DNA from: an uncultured Gemmatimonadaceae bacterium
GTDB taxonomy: Bacteria > Gemmatimonadota > Gemmatimonadetes > Gemmatimonadales > Gemmatimonadaceae
DNA: 64,000 bases
Assembly: GCA_963740355.1 (NCBI GenBank)
Contig: CAVUDW010000003.1
Location: 1,728,001-1,792,000 of the forward strand
Direction of reading: 5' to 3'
Numbering within the stretch: the first letter of the stretch is position 1; each line of letters starts with the position of its first letter. A program made the translations under genes and the position numbers. The notes under the pieces were generated by a model. It ran no database searches. It saw nothing but the letters and a program-made list of their open reading frames with translations, and was not told the DNA's origin. Positions 32,102 to 41,580 of the stretch are shown piece by piece.

Positions 32102-32948
32102 TCACAACTCCGTCAAGAATGATGTCCAGCGGTGCCCCGCTGGGAATATCCAGAGACCGCGATAGCCCTCGATCGCGGCAAAATGCGGGACCGTCGCAAA
32201 CCATGCACGGTGTTCCGTCAGTCCACCACGTGTCTGCCGCTCGAACGCGCCAAGGCCTAGCCGAAACGGTATCCCCGCACGACCCGCAAGGCGCACGGCT
32301 TCGCTCACCTTTGCCGCCGTTGCCTCTTCACCCGTGTCGAACACCTGCAGTACGTGGCCACACACCACATCGCGAAACAGATCACCGTACGCCGGTTCAC
32401 GCAGGTGTGCGATGATCGATGTCACCCACACTGAGTCTCGCGACAGTGCATGACTCGTGAGGAATCGCACGCTCCCCGCCCACGCTGGCAGCGCCCGCTG
32501 CGGCGCATCGTAGTCGAGTTGTACTGTGTGCACCGCCGCACTTCCCCCGCGCGAGCGCAATACGTTGATAGCGCTGTCGAGCGCGCGATCGAAGGCCTGT
32601 GTCGAATCAGACACACGTGCGACAGCGATCCAGTCCATCCTCGAAGCGAATGACCGCCGTGACCGTAGTCGTCTGCGGAAGCGACGGCGAGAGTCCGGCG
32701 CGCGCCACCAACCTGCCGGAGCCTTGGTCGCAGTGGATCGCCCCGATGAAGACGCCGGCCTCGAGCCCCGGCCGTTGGGCCGCGCTCTCCGCGAAGAGCG
32801 CCAGATCGTCGCGCGTCCAGATCCACTGGCCGAGTGCGGGTAGAACCGGCGCCCGCAATGTGCGCAGCGAATCGCCGCACGCTGCAGTCACCGACACCAG
32901 TGCCGCGAATGCGAGTCGCTGTAGGGAGACGTGGAGAGGCATCGGCAC
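32102..32948 (-). pseudogene. DUF3142-like lipoprotein; +1 frameshift at ~32615
   Basis: Lipobox TAAC, VIRFE, VQLDYDAPQRAL, HVLQVF, PFRLGL. Two ORFs join. Confidence 0.6.
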
Positions 32949-33021
32949 GCTGCCGAATTTACCGAGGTGTGCCATCACAACGCGCCACCCGATCAGGTGA
33001 CGCAGAGGGCCGCTCGCCGAC

Positions 33022-34311
33022 TCAGTCCGCCATCGCCTCGCTGTGCCGCGTCTCCGGCATCACCACGTACACCACCAGCGACATCGCAATCAGGACGGTC
33101 ACGTACCAGTAGAACCAGCTCTCGTGCCCCATGTTCTTGAACCAGAGCGCCAAGTACTCCGCGGTGCCACCAAACACCGAGACCGCGATCGCGTACGGGA
33201 ACGCCACGCCCAGCGCCCGCACATTGGTCGGAAACAGCTCGGCCTTCACCACCGCGTTGATCGCTGTGTAGCCGCTGACCACCAGCAGCGCGAGCGTCAG
33301 CAACGACAGCGCCGCGGCAAAACTGCCGGCGGTCGCCAGGCGCGTCAGCAGCGGCAACGTGCCCAAAGTGCCCACCACACCGAACGCGATCAGCACCGGC
33401 CGACGGCCGATTCGGTCCGAGATGGCGCCCACGATCGGCTGAACACACATGAAGATCGCCAGCGAGGCAGCCGACACGAGCGTCGCGGCGGACTTGCTGA
33501 AGCCCGCTGTGTTGACCAGAAACTTCTGCGCGTAGGTGGTGAAGGTGTAGAACGCCACCGTCCCGCCGGCCGTCAGTCCGATCACAGTCGCAATCGCCCG
33601 CGGATGCGCCAGCAGGCTGGCCAGCGCCGACGCGCGCGTCTCATTCGGTGCCAGCGACCTGGTGAAGGCGCCGGTCTCGGCGATCCCTCGACGCACGGCC
33701 ACCGCCACCAGCGCACAGGCCGCGCCGATCAGGAACGGAATCCGCCAGCCCCACGCCTCCAGCGCCGCGGTGTCGAGAAAGCGCTGCAGCACCAACAACA
33801 CGCCGAGTGCGAGCAGCTGGCCCATGATCAGCGTCACGTACTGGAAGCTCGACCAGAAGCCGCGGTGCTGCTTGCCAGCCATCTCGCTCAGGTAGGTCGC
33901 GCTGGCGCCGTATTCACCACCCACGCTCACGCCCTGCATCATTCGCGCGAACACCAGGATCGCCGGCGCCGCCACGCCAATCGTGGCATACGACGGCGTG
34001 ATCGCGATCAGCAGCGAGCCGGCGCACATCAAGAGCACCGAGAATGTCAGCGCCGCGCGACGCCCGTGCCGGTCGGCGTAACGGCCCATCACCCAGCCAC
34101 CGATCGGGCGCATCAGGAATCCGACCGCGAAGACCGCCGCCGCATTCAGCAGCTGCACCGTCTGATCCGCTGGCGGAAAGAACGCCTTCGAGAAGTAGAG
34201 CGAGAACGCCGAGTAGACGTACCAGTCGTACCACTCGACGAGATTGCCGACGGAGCCGCCAATGATGGAGCGGAGTCGGTGCGAGGCTGTGGGCACAGCG
34301 GAGGATGCCAT
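33022..34311 (-). CDS. kgtP: MFS metabolite:H+ symporter, alpha-ketoglutarate permease-like
   Basis: GNLVEWYDWYVY, GFLMRPIGG, SVGGEYG, SSFQYVT, WGWRIPF, VVKAELFP. Confidence 0.85.
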   Translation of the reverse strand: MASSAVPTASHRLRSIIGGSVGNLVEWYDWYVYSAFSLYFSKAFFPPADQTVQLLNAAAVFAVGFLMRPIGGWVMGRYADRHGRRAALTFSVLLMCAGSLLIAITPSYATIGVAAPAILVFARMMQGVSVGGEYGASATYLSEMAGKQHRGFWSSFQYVTLIMGQLLALGVLLVLQRFLDTAALEAWGWRIPFLIGAACALVAVAVRRGIAETGAFTRSLAPNETRASALASLLAHPRAIATVIGLTAGGTVAFYTFTTYAQKFLVNTAGFSKSAATLVSAASLAIFMCVQPIVGAISDRIGRRPVLIAFGVVGTLGTLPLLTRLATAGSFAAALSLLTLALLVVSGYTAINAVVKAELFPTNVRALGVAFPYAIAVSVFGGTAEYLALWFKNMGHESWFYWYVTVLIAMSLVVYVVMPETRHSEAMAD

Positions 34312-34334
34312 GCCCCCAACCTATCAGCCGTGCA

Positions 34335-35408
34335 TCAGGCCGCCGAGGCAGTCGTCAGCAAGGGTGCCGATGTATGTCCAACCAGCGGCATCACCTGCTC
34401 GGCAAACCGCTCCATCTCCTCCAGCTGCGGGCTGCACTGCAGCAGCAGCAAGCCGACGCCGGCGGCTTCCAGCTCGCGAATCCGATCCGCGACCTGCTCC
34501 GGTGTGCCCACCAGACCCGCCCGCAGCCCGCGATTCGACACCGAGTAGTCGTGCAGTGACACCTGCTGCTCGAGCTGCGTGTTACCGATCCAGTCCTGAT
34601 AGTTGTGGTAGCCCGGTGACCCAGGCTGCACGTTCGTGATCCGCTCCAGCTCGCGCTGCGCCTCGGCCTCCGTGTTGCGCACGATCACATAGGCAGCCAT
34701 GCCGAACTGCATCGCACGACCGTCCACCTGCTCGCGACGTGCACGCATGTCCGCGATCTTCGGCGCCACGCGCGACGCGGGATCACCGTGCATCACGTAC
34801 GCATCACACTGCGATGCGATCAGCGACTTGCCGGCTTCCGATTCGCCGCCGGCGTACAACACCGGATGCGGTCGTGACCAGCTGGAGACGGGCTTCGGCT
34901 GCACGATCAGTTCATCCACCGAGTAGAACCTGCCCTTGTACGTCAATGACGGCTCCGTCCACGCGCCCTTCAGCACATCCAGCCACTCCGCCGTGCGTGC
35001 ATACCGATCGTCATGTTCATCGAAGGTGCTGCCATAGCGACGCGCCTCATCCTTCCACCAGCTCGAGACCACGTTCAACGACAAGCGACCATTGCTGATG
35101 TGATCGATGTTGGCGGCCTGCTTCGCCAGCGTGGCCGGATGATGGAACGTCGGCCGCACCGCCACCATCAGCTCGAGCCGCGTCGTCACGGCTGCCAGCG
35201 CCGCGGCAGTCGACCAGGCATCCAGCGCCGGCGCCTCGACCCCCTTGATGTCATTCAAGAACAACTCAGCGATCAGCGTGAGGTCGAATCCGATCTCCTC
35301 GCTGCGACGCGCCAGTCGCTGCACGTACGGCCAGGTCGCCGTCATCCCTTCGTCGGGCACGTTGCGCAGCCACCCGCCAAAGACAGGCAACCAATATCCG
35401 AATCGCAT
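34335..35408 (-). CDS. Luciferase-like (LLM) flavin-dependent monooxygenase, SfnG/SsuD-related
   Basis: FGYWLPVFGG, GFDLTLIAE, LMVAVRP, SNGRLSLNVVS, YAGGES, LVGTPEQVA. Confidence 0.88.
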   Translation of the reverse strand: MRFGYWLPVFGGWLRNVPDEGMTATWPYVQRLARRSEEIGFDLTLIAELFLNDIKGVEAPALDAWSTAAALAAVTTRLELMVAVRPTFHHPATLAKQAANIDHISNGRLSLNVVSSWWKDEARRYGSTFDEHDDRYARTAEWLDVLKGAWTEPSLTYKGRFYSVDELIVQPKPVSSWSRPHPVLYAGGESEAGKSLIASQCDAYVMHGDPASRVAPKIADMRARREQVDGRAMQFGMAAYVIVRNTEAEAQRELERITNVQPGSPGYHNYQDWIGNTQLEQQVSLHDYSVSNRGLRAGLVGTPEQVADRIRELEAAGVGLLLLQCSPQLEEMERFAEQVMPLVGHTSAPLLTTASAA

Positions 35409-36382
35409 CAGCCCACCAACGCCGGCGCGCCGGCGATTCGTGCCTCGAGGTAATCCACCAGGCGCACGAAGGGATCGAAGCCGATCACGTTCGGGGCGTC
35501 GGCCACGAAGTTCGACAATGCATTGATGTCGTAGAAATAGTGCTGCCCATCACGATCGTCGACGAGATATTCGATGCCACCGACATCGATGTTCGCTGCC
35601 CGTGAAATCCGCTCCACCTGGGCAATGATCTCAGCCGGTGGATGCGCAACTTCGACTCGCATACCCGTCTTCGGCGCATCCACTGCGCAGGCACCACGCA
35701 CCAACTCCACACCGTTGGTGGTCTGGCAGGCATCGGCCGGGCAGAGGTCGAAGGAATTCTGCGGCGGATAGACATTGATGGCGTACAGATAGTGCCCGCC
35801 CAGCGTCTCCACGCGCGTGATGCGGCCATCGCGCAGTGGTGCCGACTCCTGCACCAGCGCCGTGCTGTCCACGCCCAGGTCGACCGTGCCAGCGGCCACG
35901 GCCTCGGCGAGCGCGTCGGCTGTCTCGTAGCGGACGATCCCGGCCCCGCTGCCGCCGATGTTCGCCTTCACCAGCACTGGGAAACGGAACCCCTTCGCGG
36001 CATCGAGCGCTCGCGACGGATGATTGATCACACGCGCCTTCGGATACGGCAGGCCCAGTTCGCGAAGCAGGTCGAGCTGCGTGGCCTTCGACAATTCGTA
36101 GGCATACGCACCAGCGCCGTTCACGACCGGGACGCCGATGCTCTCGAGATGGCGCAGCCAGTGCAACGTGTGGAACGTGGCCTGAGCGTGCCCGCGCAAA
36201 TACGCCGACGGGCTGGCCCGATTGAACACCAGCGAATACGGCGATTCGCTTTCGGACGGATCGAAGACATGTGCGGCGGCGTCGAGACGTTCATACGCGA
36301 TGCCGCGACGCTCGAGCTCAGCAAACAGCGGGCGAAACCAGTCGGGATGTTCGTGGTAGATCGCAATCGGCAGGCGGGACAT
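35408..36382 (-). CDS. ATP-grasp (RimK-like) ligase
   Basis: VFNRASPSAYLRG, PVLVKANIGGSGAGI, VGGIEY, YDINALSNF. Stop codon overlaps the LLM start. Confidence 0.85.
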   Translation of the reverse strand: MSRLPIAIYHEHPDWFRPLFAELERRGIAYERLDAAAHVFDPSESESPYSLVFNRASPSAYLRGHAQATFHTLHWLRHLESIGVPVVNGAGAYAYELSKATQLDLLRELGLPYPKARVINHPSRALDAAKGFRFPVLVKANIGGSGAGIVRYETADALAEAVAAGTVDLGVDSTALVQESAPLRDGRITRVETLGGHYLYAINVYPPQNSFDLCPADACQTTNGVELVRGACAVDAPKTGMRVEVAHPPAEIIAQVERISRAANIDVGGIEYLVDDRDGQHYFYDINALSNFVADAPNVIGFDPFVRLVDYLEARIAGAPALVG

Positions 36383-36417
36383 GACGCAACCTCGGAAACG
36401 GTGGTGCCCCCACATAC

Positions 36418-36448
36418 GACAAAGCCCGGCGCAATGAAGCCGCCGGGC
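36418..36448 (-). terminator. Terminator-like hairpin in the riboswitch expression platform
   Basis: Minus strand GCCCGGCG-GCTTCATTG-CGCCGGGC followed by TTTGTCGT. Confidence 0.55.
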
Positions 36449-36454
36449 GTTCGC

Positions 36455-36504
36455 GTTTTAGCTCATTGTTTTGCGTGGCGGCAAGAGGCGGCAAATGACC
36501 ACGG
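36455..36504 (-). ncRNA. SAM-II (SAM_alpha-like) riboswitch
   Basis: Minus strand CCGUGGUCAUUUGCCGCCUCUUGCCGCCACGCAAAACAAUGAGCUAAAAC has P1 CGUGGU/GCCACG, AUUUG and UUGC in the loop and 3' GCUAAA, as in SAM-II aptamers. It lies upstream of sulfur-related genes. Confidence 0.75.
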
Positions 36505-36572
36505 CGAACGATTGTGATTGATACTTAGCGCAACTCGCGAGTCGCTGTCAATCCTTCAGCAGATCAGTATTT

Positions 36573-37232
36573 CTACTGACCGACCACGCGAATACGCGCA
36601 CCGTCACGGTTGAAGATCTCGATCCGATCGGCACGCGCGTCACCGTTGCGGTCGGTCCAGATCTGCACCAGGCGACCATCGATGTCGAACCACTGCACGC
36701 GGTCCGGCGCACCACCGCGCGGCGGCATCACGAAACGCGCCGCGACATTCTGGCCACCAAACCATCGCTGCAGTTCGGGGGAACGCTGACCTTCCGTCCA
36801 CAGCACCGCAGCTCGCATCGACGGCAGCGCCAGTGCCGTATCATCGCACCGCGAATCACGCCCACCGTCACTGCACGCCTCGTTGCCTGACGCGTCGTCC
36901 CCGCCGCTGCGGAAGGGCGTGCGGGAGCGGTCGTCATCGCGCATCGGACGCACCAAGGGGCGCGTCCAATCGTTCGGGCTGAAGCTGCTCCGCTTCGATT
37001 CCGCACCGTAGATGACCGTCGCGCCAAATGGCTTCGCCCGCAGCGCCGTCCGACAATCGGTTGGAGCCGGCTGCTGCATCGGCGGTACGTCGCGCAGCCA
37101 CACACGGCACATGCCAGCTGGCGGGATGTACGCGGCGGGAACCTCCGGCTGCGCCGAGGGCGACTGCGCCGCAGTGACTGCGGCACTGCCGACCACACAC
37201 GCCAGGAGGATCCCCGTACGCCACGCACCCAT
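36573..37232 (-). CDS. Secreted hypothetical protein (PPAGMCRVW motif)
   Basis: Signal peptide, YIPPAGMCRVWLRDVPPMQQPAPTDC and C-terminal WTDRNGDARAD. Confidence 0.65.
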   Translation of the reverse strand: MGAWRTGILLACVVGSAAVTAAQSPSAQPEVPAAYIPPAGMCRVWLRDVPPMQQPAPTDCRTALRAKPFGATVIYGAESKRSSFSPNDWTRPLVRPMRDDDRSRTPFRSGGDDASGNEACSDGGRDSRCDDTALALPSMRAAVLWTEGQRSPELQRWFGGQNVAARFVMPPRGGAPDRVQWFDIDGRLVQIWTDRNGDARADRIEIFNRDGARIRVVGQ

Positions 37233-37297
37233 CACCACACACGCTCCTTCTGTCGGTTCACGCCTCGCTCCCACAAGCGACGCTCATACCCCGATAG

Positions 37298-37360
37298 AGC
37301 AGGGCCGGTGCCACAGGCCTGAAAAACGGTAAGTGCCTGATTTACAGACACTTACCGTTT
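37298..37360 (-). promoter_or_regulatory. Putative sigma-54 promoter with adjacent palindrome / IHF-like site
   Basis: Minus strand TGGCACCGGCCCTGCT (GG-N10-GC) at 37298-37313. 12-bp IR AAACGGTAAGTG / CACTTACCGTTT at 37324-37360 contains AATCAGGCACTTA (WATCARN4TTR). Confidence 0.55.
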
Positions 37361-37463
37361 CCTGAATTCCATCGGGCCCCGCCCCTTCGTCCCCTGCAGT
37401 GGACAGCTGTCTCACTCCAGAAGTCACGCGGGCAAGGTTCCCGACGTGTTCCCTGCCGTCACA

Positions 37464-38543
37464 TCAATCGCCGAACGAGATCCCGGTCGCGCGGGCGGTC
37501 AGCACGATGTCGTGCTTGGGGTCGACGCGCTTCACCTCACGCAACGCCTCGACGATCGGAATCGTCACGATGTTGGGCGAATGCAGCGCCACCATGTGGC
37601 CCCACTTCCCTTCCGCCACCGCACGCACCGCTTCGCCACCGAAGCGCGTCGCCAACAAGCGGTCGTAGCCAGTCGGCTGGCCACCGCGCTGCAGATGCCC
37701 GAGCACCATCGAGCGCGCCTCCTTGCCGGTCTTCTCCTGGAGCATCCGCGCCAGCGGGCCGGCAATGCCGCCCATGCGCTTCGCCTGACCAGGCATCGAC
37801 GGGCCCATGATCGACTCTTCCCCGCCGATCGGCACCGCGCCTTCAGCCACCACCACGATCGAGAAGCGACGACCGGCCAGATCGCGTGAGCGAATCTTCT
37901 TCACCACCGTCTCGACGTCGAACGGAATCTCGGGGATCAGCACCACATCGGCGCTTGCGGCGACGCCAGAGTGAAGCGCGATGAAGCCAGCGTCGCGACC
38001 CATCACTTCCAGCACCATCACGCGATCATGACTCTCAGCCGTGGTGTGCAACTTGTCGATCGCCTCGATCGCCGTCGTGACGGCGGTGTCGAAGCCGAAG
38101 GTGGTGATCGTTCCACTGACGTCGTTGTCGATCGTCTTTGGAACCGCCACCATCTTCATCCCCTTCTCCACCAGGCGCTGTGCGATCGAGAGCGAGCCGT
38201 CACCACCGATGGTGATGATCGCGTCGATGCCGAGCGCCTTCGAGTTCGCCACGACTTCATCGGAACGATCGACTTCGCGATACGTGCCGTCGCCATTCGG
38301 GACGGGGTAGGCGAACGGATTGCCTCGATTGGTGGTACGGAGGATCGTGCCACCGAGATGGCCGATACCAGACACCATGTCGCGGGTCATCGGGACGACA
38401 TCGTCCTCGCCGAGGAGACCGTAGTAACCGCGCTTGATACCAAGCACTTCCCAGCCGCGATCGAGTGCGGAGAGGACGGCAGCGCGGATGACAGCGTTCA
38501 GGCCCGGGGCGTCACCGCCACCGGTGGAGAGGGCAATACGCAT
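37464..38543 (-). CDS. pfkA: 6-phosphofructokinase (PfkA family, group III-like)
   Basis: TGGGDAPGLNAVIR, GGTILRT, IGGDGS, PKTIDND, EVMGRDAG, LGHLQRGG. Confidence 0.93.
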   Translation of the reverse strand: MRIALSTGGGDAPGLNAVIRAAVLSALDRGWEVLGIKRGYYGLLGEDDVVPMTRDMVSGIGHLGGTILRTTNRGNPFAYPVPNGDGTYREVDRSDEVVANSKALGIDAIITIGGDGSLSIAQRLVEKGMKMVAVPKTIDNDVSGTITTFGFDTAVTTAIEAIDKLHTTAESHDRVMVLEVMGRDAGFIALHSGVAASADVVLIPEIPFDVETVVKKIRSRDLAGRRFSIVVVAEGAVPIGGEESIMGPSMPGQAKRMGGIAGPLARMLQEKTGKEARSMVLGHLQRGGQPTGYDRLLATRFGGEAVRAVAEGKWGHMVALHSPNIVTIPIVEALREVKRVDPKHDIVLTARATGISFGD

Positions 38544-38627
38544 GACGTAGGTGTTGGGGTGTGGAGTCAGCCAAGGAAAGTAACCGGCCCGGGCCATGTT
38601 CCCACGGGTCAGCATAGAATTCTTGTC

Positions 38628-39959
38628 ATGCGCCTTCTCTCCCTCGCCCTGCTCCCCCTCGCCGCCGGCCTCCTGTCCGCGCAGGCGCCCCTCACGGCAC
38701 CGCTTCCGGCGCCCCTGCTCCGGGACCTCGACACCCGTATCGCGAGCGTCACGCCCAAGGTGGTGGCCTGGCGGCGCGACCTGCATGAGCATCCCGAGCT
38801 CAGCAATACGGAGACGCGCACCGGCGCGGTCGTGGCGGCCCACCTCAAGGCCCTCGGCCTCGAGGTGCGAACCAACGTCGGTGGTTCGAACAGCGTCATC
38901 GGAATCCTGCGCGGCGGCAAGCCAGGCCCCAGCGTCGCACTCCGAGCCGACATGGACGCACTGCCCGTCACCGAGCAGACCGGCCTGCCGTTCGCCTCGA
39001 AGGTGACCACGCAGTACAACGGGCAGACGGTCGGCGTCATGCACGCCTGCGGGCACGATGCGCACACCGCGATCCTGATGGGCGTCGCCGAAGTGCTCAC
39101 CGGCATGAAGGCCACGCTGCCGGGCACGGTGACCTTCCTCTTCCAGGCGGCCGAAGAGTCGGCGCCGAACGGCGGCGCCAAGGCGATGATCGAAGCGGGC
39201 GCCCTCGACAATCCGAAGGTGGAGGCGGTCTACGGCCTGCACACCTGGCCTGGGCCCACCGGCACCGTCTCCACTCGCAGCGGCGGCATGATGGCCAGCG
39301 GCGACAACTGGCGCGTGGTCATCCACGGCAAGCAGGCGCATGGCGCGCAGCCGTGGCGCAGCGTCGATCCAATCGTGATCGGCGCACAGATCGTCACGGG
39401 CCTGCAGACGATCGTGAGCCGCAACATCGATCTCACAGCCGGACCGGCGGTGGTGACGGTCGGCGCCTTCATCGGTGGCGTGCGCGAAAACATCATCCCC
39501 GACAGCGCGGTGATGTTCGGCACCTTCCGCACATTCAATGAAAAGGCCCGACAGACCGCAGCGGACCAGATCCGGGCCATCGCCACGCAGTACGCCGTCG
39601 CGGGCGGTGCCACGGCCACCGTGACGATCAGCATGGGCTACCCGACGACATCGAACGATGCCCGCTGGTTCGGTCGTGCCACCGGTGTGCTTCGCAACAC
39701 GCTCGGCGAGGCCGACGTGCTGGAAAGTGCGCCGTCGATGCCGGCCGAGGATTTCTCGCTCTTCCTCAATCGTGTCCCGGGGCTGTTCTTCTTCCTTGGC
39801 GTCACGCCCAAGGGCAAGGATCCGCTCAGCATGCCTGCCAATCATTCGCCGATGTACGACGTCGATGAGGCGTCGTTTCCCACGGGGGTGAAGGCGCTCA
39901 GCGCGCTGGCGCTCGACGCACTGCTGCGCGGCGTTCCAGCCATGGGGCCCATGAAGTGA
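38628..39959 (+). CDS. Secreted M20D amidohydrolase
   Basis: HEHPELS, LRADMDALP, MHACGHDAH, FQAAEE, AEDFS, NHSP. Signal peptide. Confidence 0.92.
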   Translation: MRLLSLALLPLAAGLLSAQAPLTAPLPAPLLRDLDTRIASVTPKVVAWRRDLHEHPELSNTETRTGAVVAAHLKALGLEVRTNVGGSNSVIGILRGGKPGPSVALRADMDALPVTEQTGLPFASKVTTQYNGQTVGVMHACGHDAHTAILMGVAEVLTGMKATLPGTVTFLFQAAEESAPNGGAKAMIEAGALDNPKVEAVYGLHTWPGPTGTVSTRSGGMMASGDNWRVVIHGKQAHGAQPWRSVDPIVIGAQIVTGLQTIVSRNIDLTAGPAVVTVGAFIGGVRENIIPDSAVMFGTFRTFNEKARQTAADQIRAIATQYAVAGGATATVTISMGYPTTSNDARWFGRATGVLRNTLGEADVLESAPSMPAEDFSLFLNRVPGLFFFLGVTPKGKDPLSMPANHSPMYDVDEASFPTGVKALSALALDALLRGVPAMGPMK

Positions 39960-40615
39960 CGCTGCACCCCGGTGCGGTGATCTTCGATTGCGACGGCGTG
40001 CTGGTGGATAGCGAAGGGCTGATGAATCGCGAGTTCCGCACGATGCTGGGCGAAATCGGGCTGCGGTACACGGCTGAAGAAACGACGCGCACCTTCATGG
40101 GTCGCTCGATGAAGAGCTGCATGCAGATCGTCGAGGCGCAGTTGGGACGGCCCGCGCCAGACGATTTTCTGGCGGTGCTCGACCAGCGTGCGTATGCCGT
40201 GTTCGAGCGCGACTTGAAGGCGGTATCTGGTGTCGAAGCGGTGCTCGACGCCCTCGACCGAAACGCCATCCCCTACGCGGTGGCGAGCAGCGGGTCGCAC
40301 GACAAGATGCGCACGACGCTTGGCATCACAGGGCTGTTGCCGCGCTTGCAGGGCCGGATCACCAGCGCGACTGAAGTGGCGCATGGCAAGCCGGCGCCGG
40401 ATGTGTTCCTGCTGGCAGCCGAGCGATTACAGACGCCTGCGCATGCGTGCGTCGTGATCGAGGACTCATTGCTCGGCATCGAGGCAGCGCTGGCGGCGGA
40501 AATGCAGGTGATCGGCTACGCGGCGATGGTCAGCGCAGACGACATGCGCGCAGCGGGTGCGACGCATGTCGTCTCGACGATGGCGCAGGTGCAGGCGCTG
40601 GTGGCACCCGGCTGA
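39956..40615 (+). CDS. HAD-IA family hydrolase/phosphatase
   Basis: FDCDGVLVDSE, VASS, GKPAPDVF, IEDS. Confidence 0.92.
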   Translation: MTLHPGAVIFDCDGVLVDSEGLMNREFRTMLGEIGLRYTAEETTRTFMGRSMKSCMQIVEAQLGRPAPDDFLAVLDQRAYAVFERDLKAVSGVEAVLDALDRNAIPYAVASSGSHDKMRTTLGITGLLPRLQGRITSATEVAHGKPAPDVFLLAAERLQTPAHACVVIEDSLLGIEAALAAEMQVIGYAAMVSADDMRAAGATHVVSTMAQVQALVAPG

Positions 40616-40725
40616 GCATTCCGGAACGGAATCGCGCGCGAATTCAGTGACACGCGCACGATTCGGGTGTGCGTGGATCTCCGCGCGTCGACACCGTGGG
40701 CGCTGTCCCCCACAAGGAAGCGTCG

Positions 40726-41145
40726 ATGCGTGCTGGCTACACGATGATCGAAATGACGATCGTACTGGTGATCGTGGCCGTGATGGCCGCTGCGTCAATG
40801 ACCGCGTTGGTGGGATTGCGCGATCGCCTCACCGTGCGCTTCGCCGCCATCGAAGCGGCGCGAGCCCTGGCCGATGCGCGCGGCATAGCCCTGTCAGCGG
40901 CCCGTCGCACGGCCGTCCGCATCGACGCCAGTCGCAACACATTGACGGTGCTCTCCGGCGCCGACACCATGCGCACGCTGCGCCTCGACGACTACGGTGT
41001 CCAGGTGCGCACCACCCGCGACTCGATCGCCTGGGGCCCCACCGGCATCGGCTGGGGCGCCGCCACGGCCACCATCACGCTTTCGCGCGGCAGCGCGACG
41101 ACTGCGCTCGTGGTCTCGCGACTCGGCCGCGTTCGCCGCGGCTGA
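40726..41145 (+). CDS. Prepilin-type (FimT/GspH-like) minor pilin
   Basis: Class III signal RAG|YTMIEMTIVLVIV and C-terminal VSRLGRVR. Confidence 0.8.
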   Translation: MRAGYTMIEMTIVLVIVAVMAAASMTALVGLRDRLTVRFAAIEAARALADARGIALSAARRTAVRIDASRNTLTVLSGADTMRTLRLDDYGVQVRTTRDSIAWGPTGIGWGAATATITLSRGSATTALVVSRLGRVRRG

Positions 41146-41157
41146 CGACTGCCGGCT

Positions 41158-41499
41158 TGGCGCCGTACCGGCGCGTCTTGTCCACACTCCCTCACGCGGA
41201 GCCACACTGCGCGTGGCGCCGTGCCGGCGAGTCTTGTCCACACTCCCTCACGCGGAGCCGCGGGGGACGCGGAGCCGCGGGGGAACAGCAACAGCAAGGA
41301 ACAGCATGGAACAGCACAAAGTCACCGCGACAGACTCTGAACTGCGCTCCACAAAGACCAGTTGCAGTCACAAAACGAAATTCGAAGCGGTGTACCACAC
41401 CTCGTGCCGGCACGGCACCGGTGCGGTTCCCCGCGTCTCCGCGTCCCCCGCGGCTCCGCGTGTTTAACCGTGTGGACATTTGTCGCCGGCACGGCGCCA
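41158..41499. repeat. Palindromic element with a duplicated left end
   Basis: 46-bp direct repeat 41158-41203 / 41214-41259 (2 mismatches). Perfect 26-bp IR 41249-41274 / 41437-41462. Outer IR 41214-41243 / 41470-41499. Confidence 0.85.
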
Positions 41500-41515
41500 A
41501 CGCCCCAGAATTACG

Positions 41516-41556
41516 AAAAAGGCGGCCGCAGTGCTTTTGCTCCGCAGGCCGCCTTC
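41516..41556 (-). terminator. Probable terminator of the DEAD-box helicase gene
   Basis: AAGGCGGCC..GGCCGCCTT stem with a T-run on the minus strand. Confidence 0.55.
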
Positions 41557-41580
41557 ATCGTAGCTAGATCAAGATCGCGC

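Noticed and set aside
8889..32615. Programmed ribosomal frameshifting or phase variation
   Set aside because: No slippery heptamers or long homopolymers at the sites, and the affected genes are unrelated. Sequencing error is the simpler explanation.
38544..39845. N-terminal fusion on PfkA (793-aa ORF)
   Set aside because: The extension is the antisense shadow of the M20 amidohydrolase. PfkA starts at 38543.
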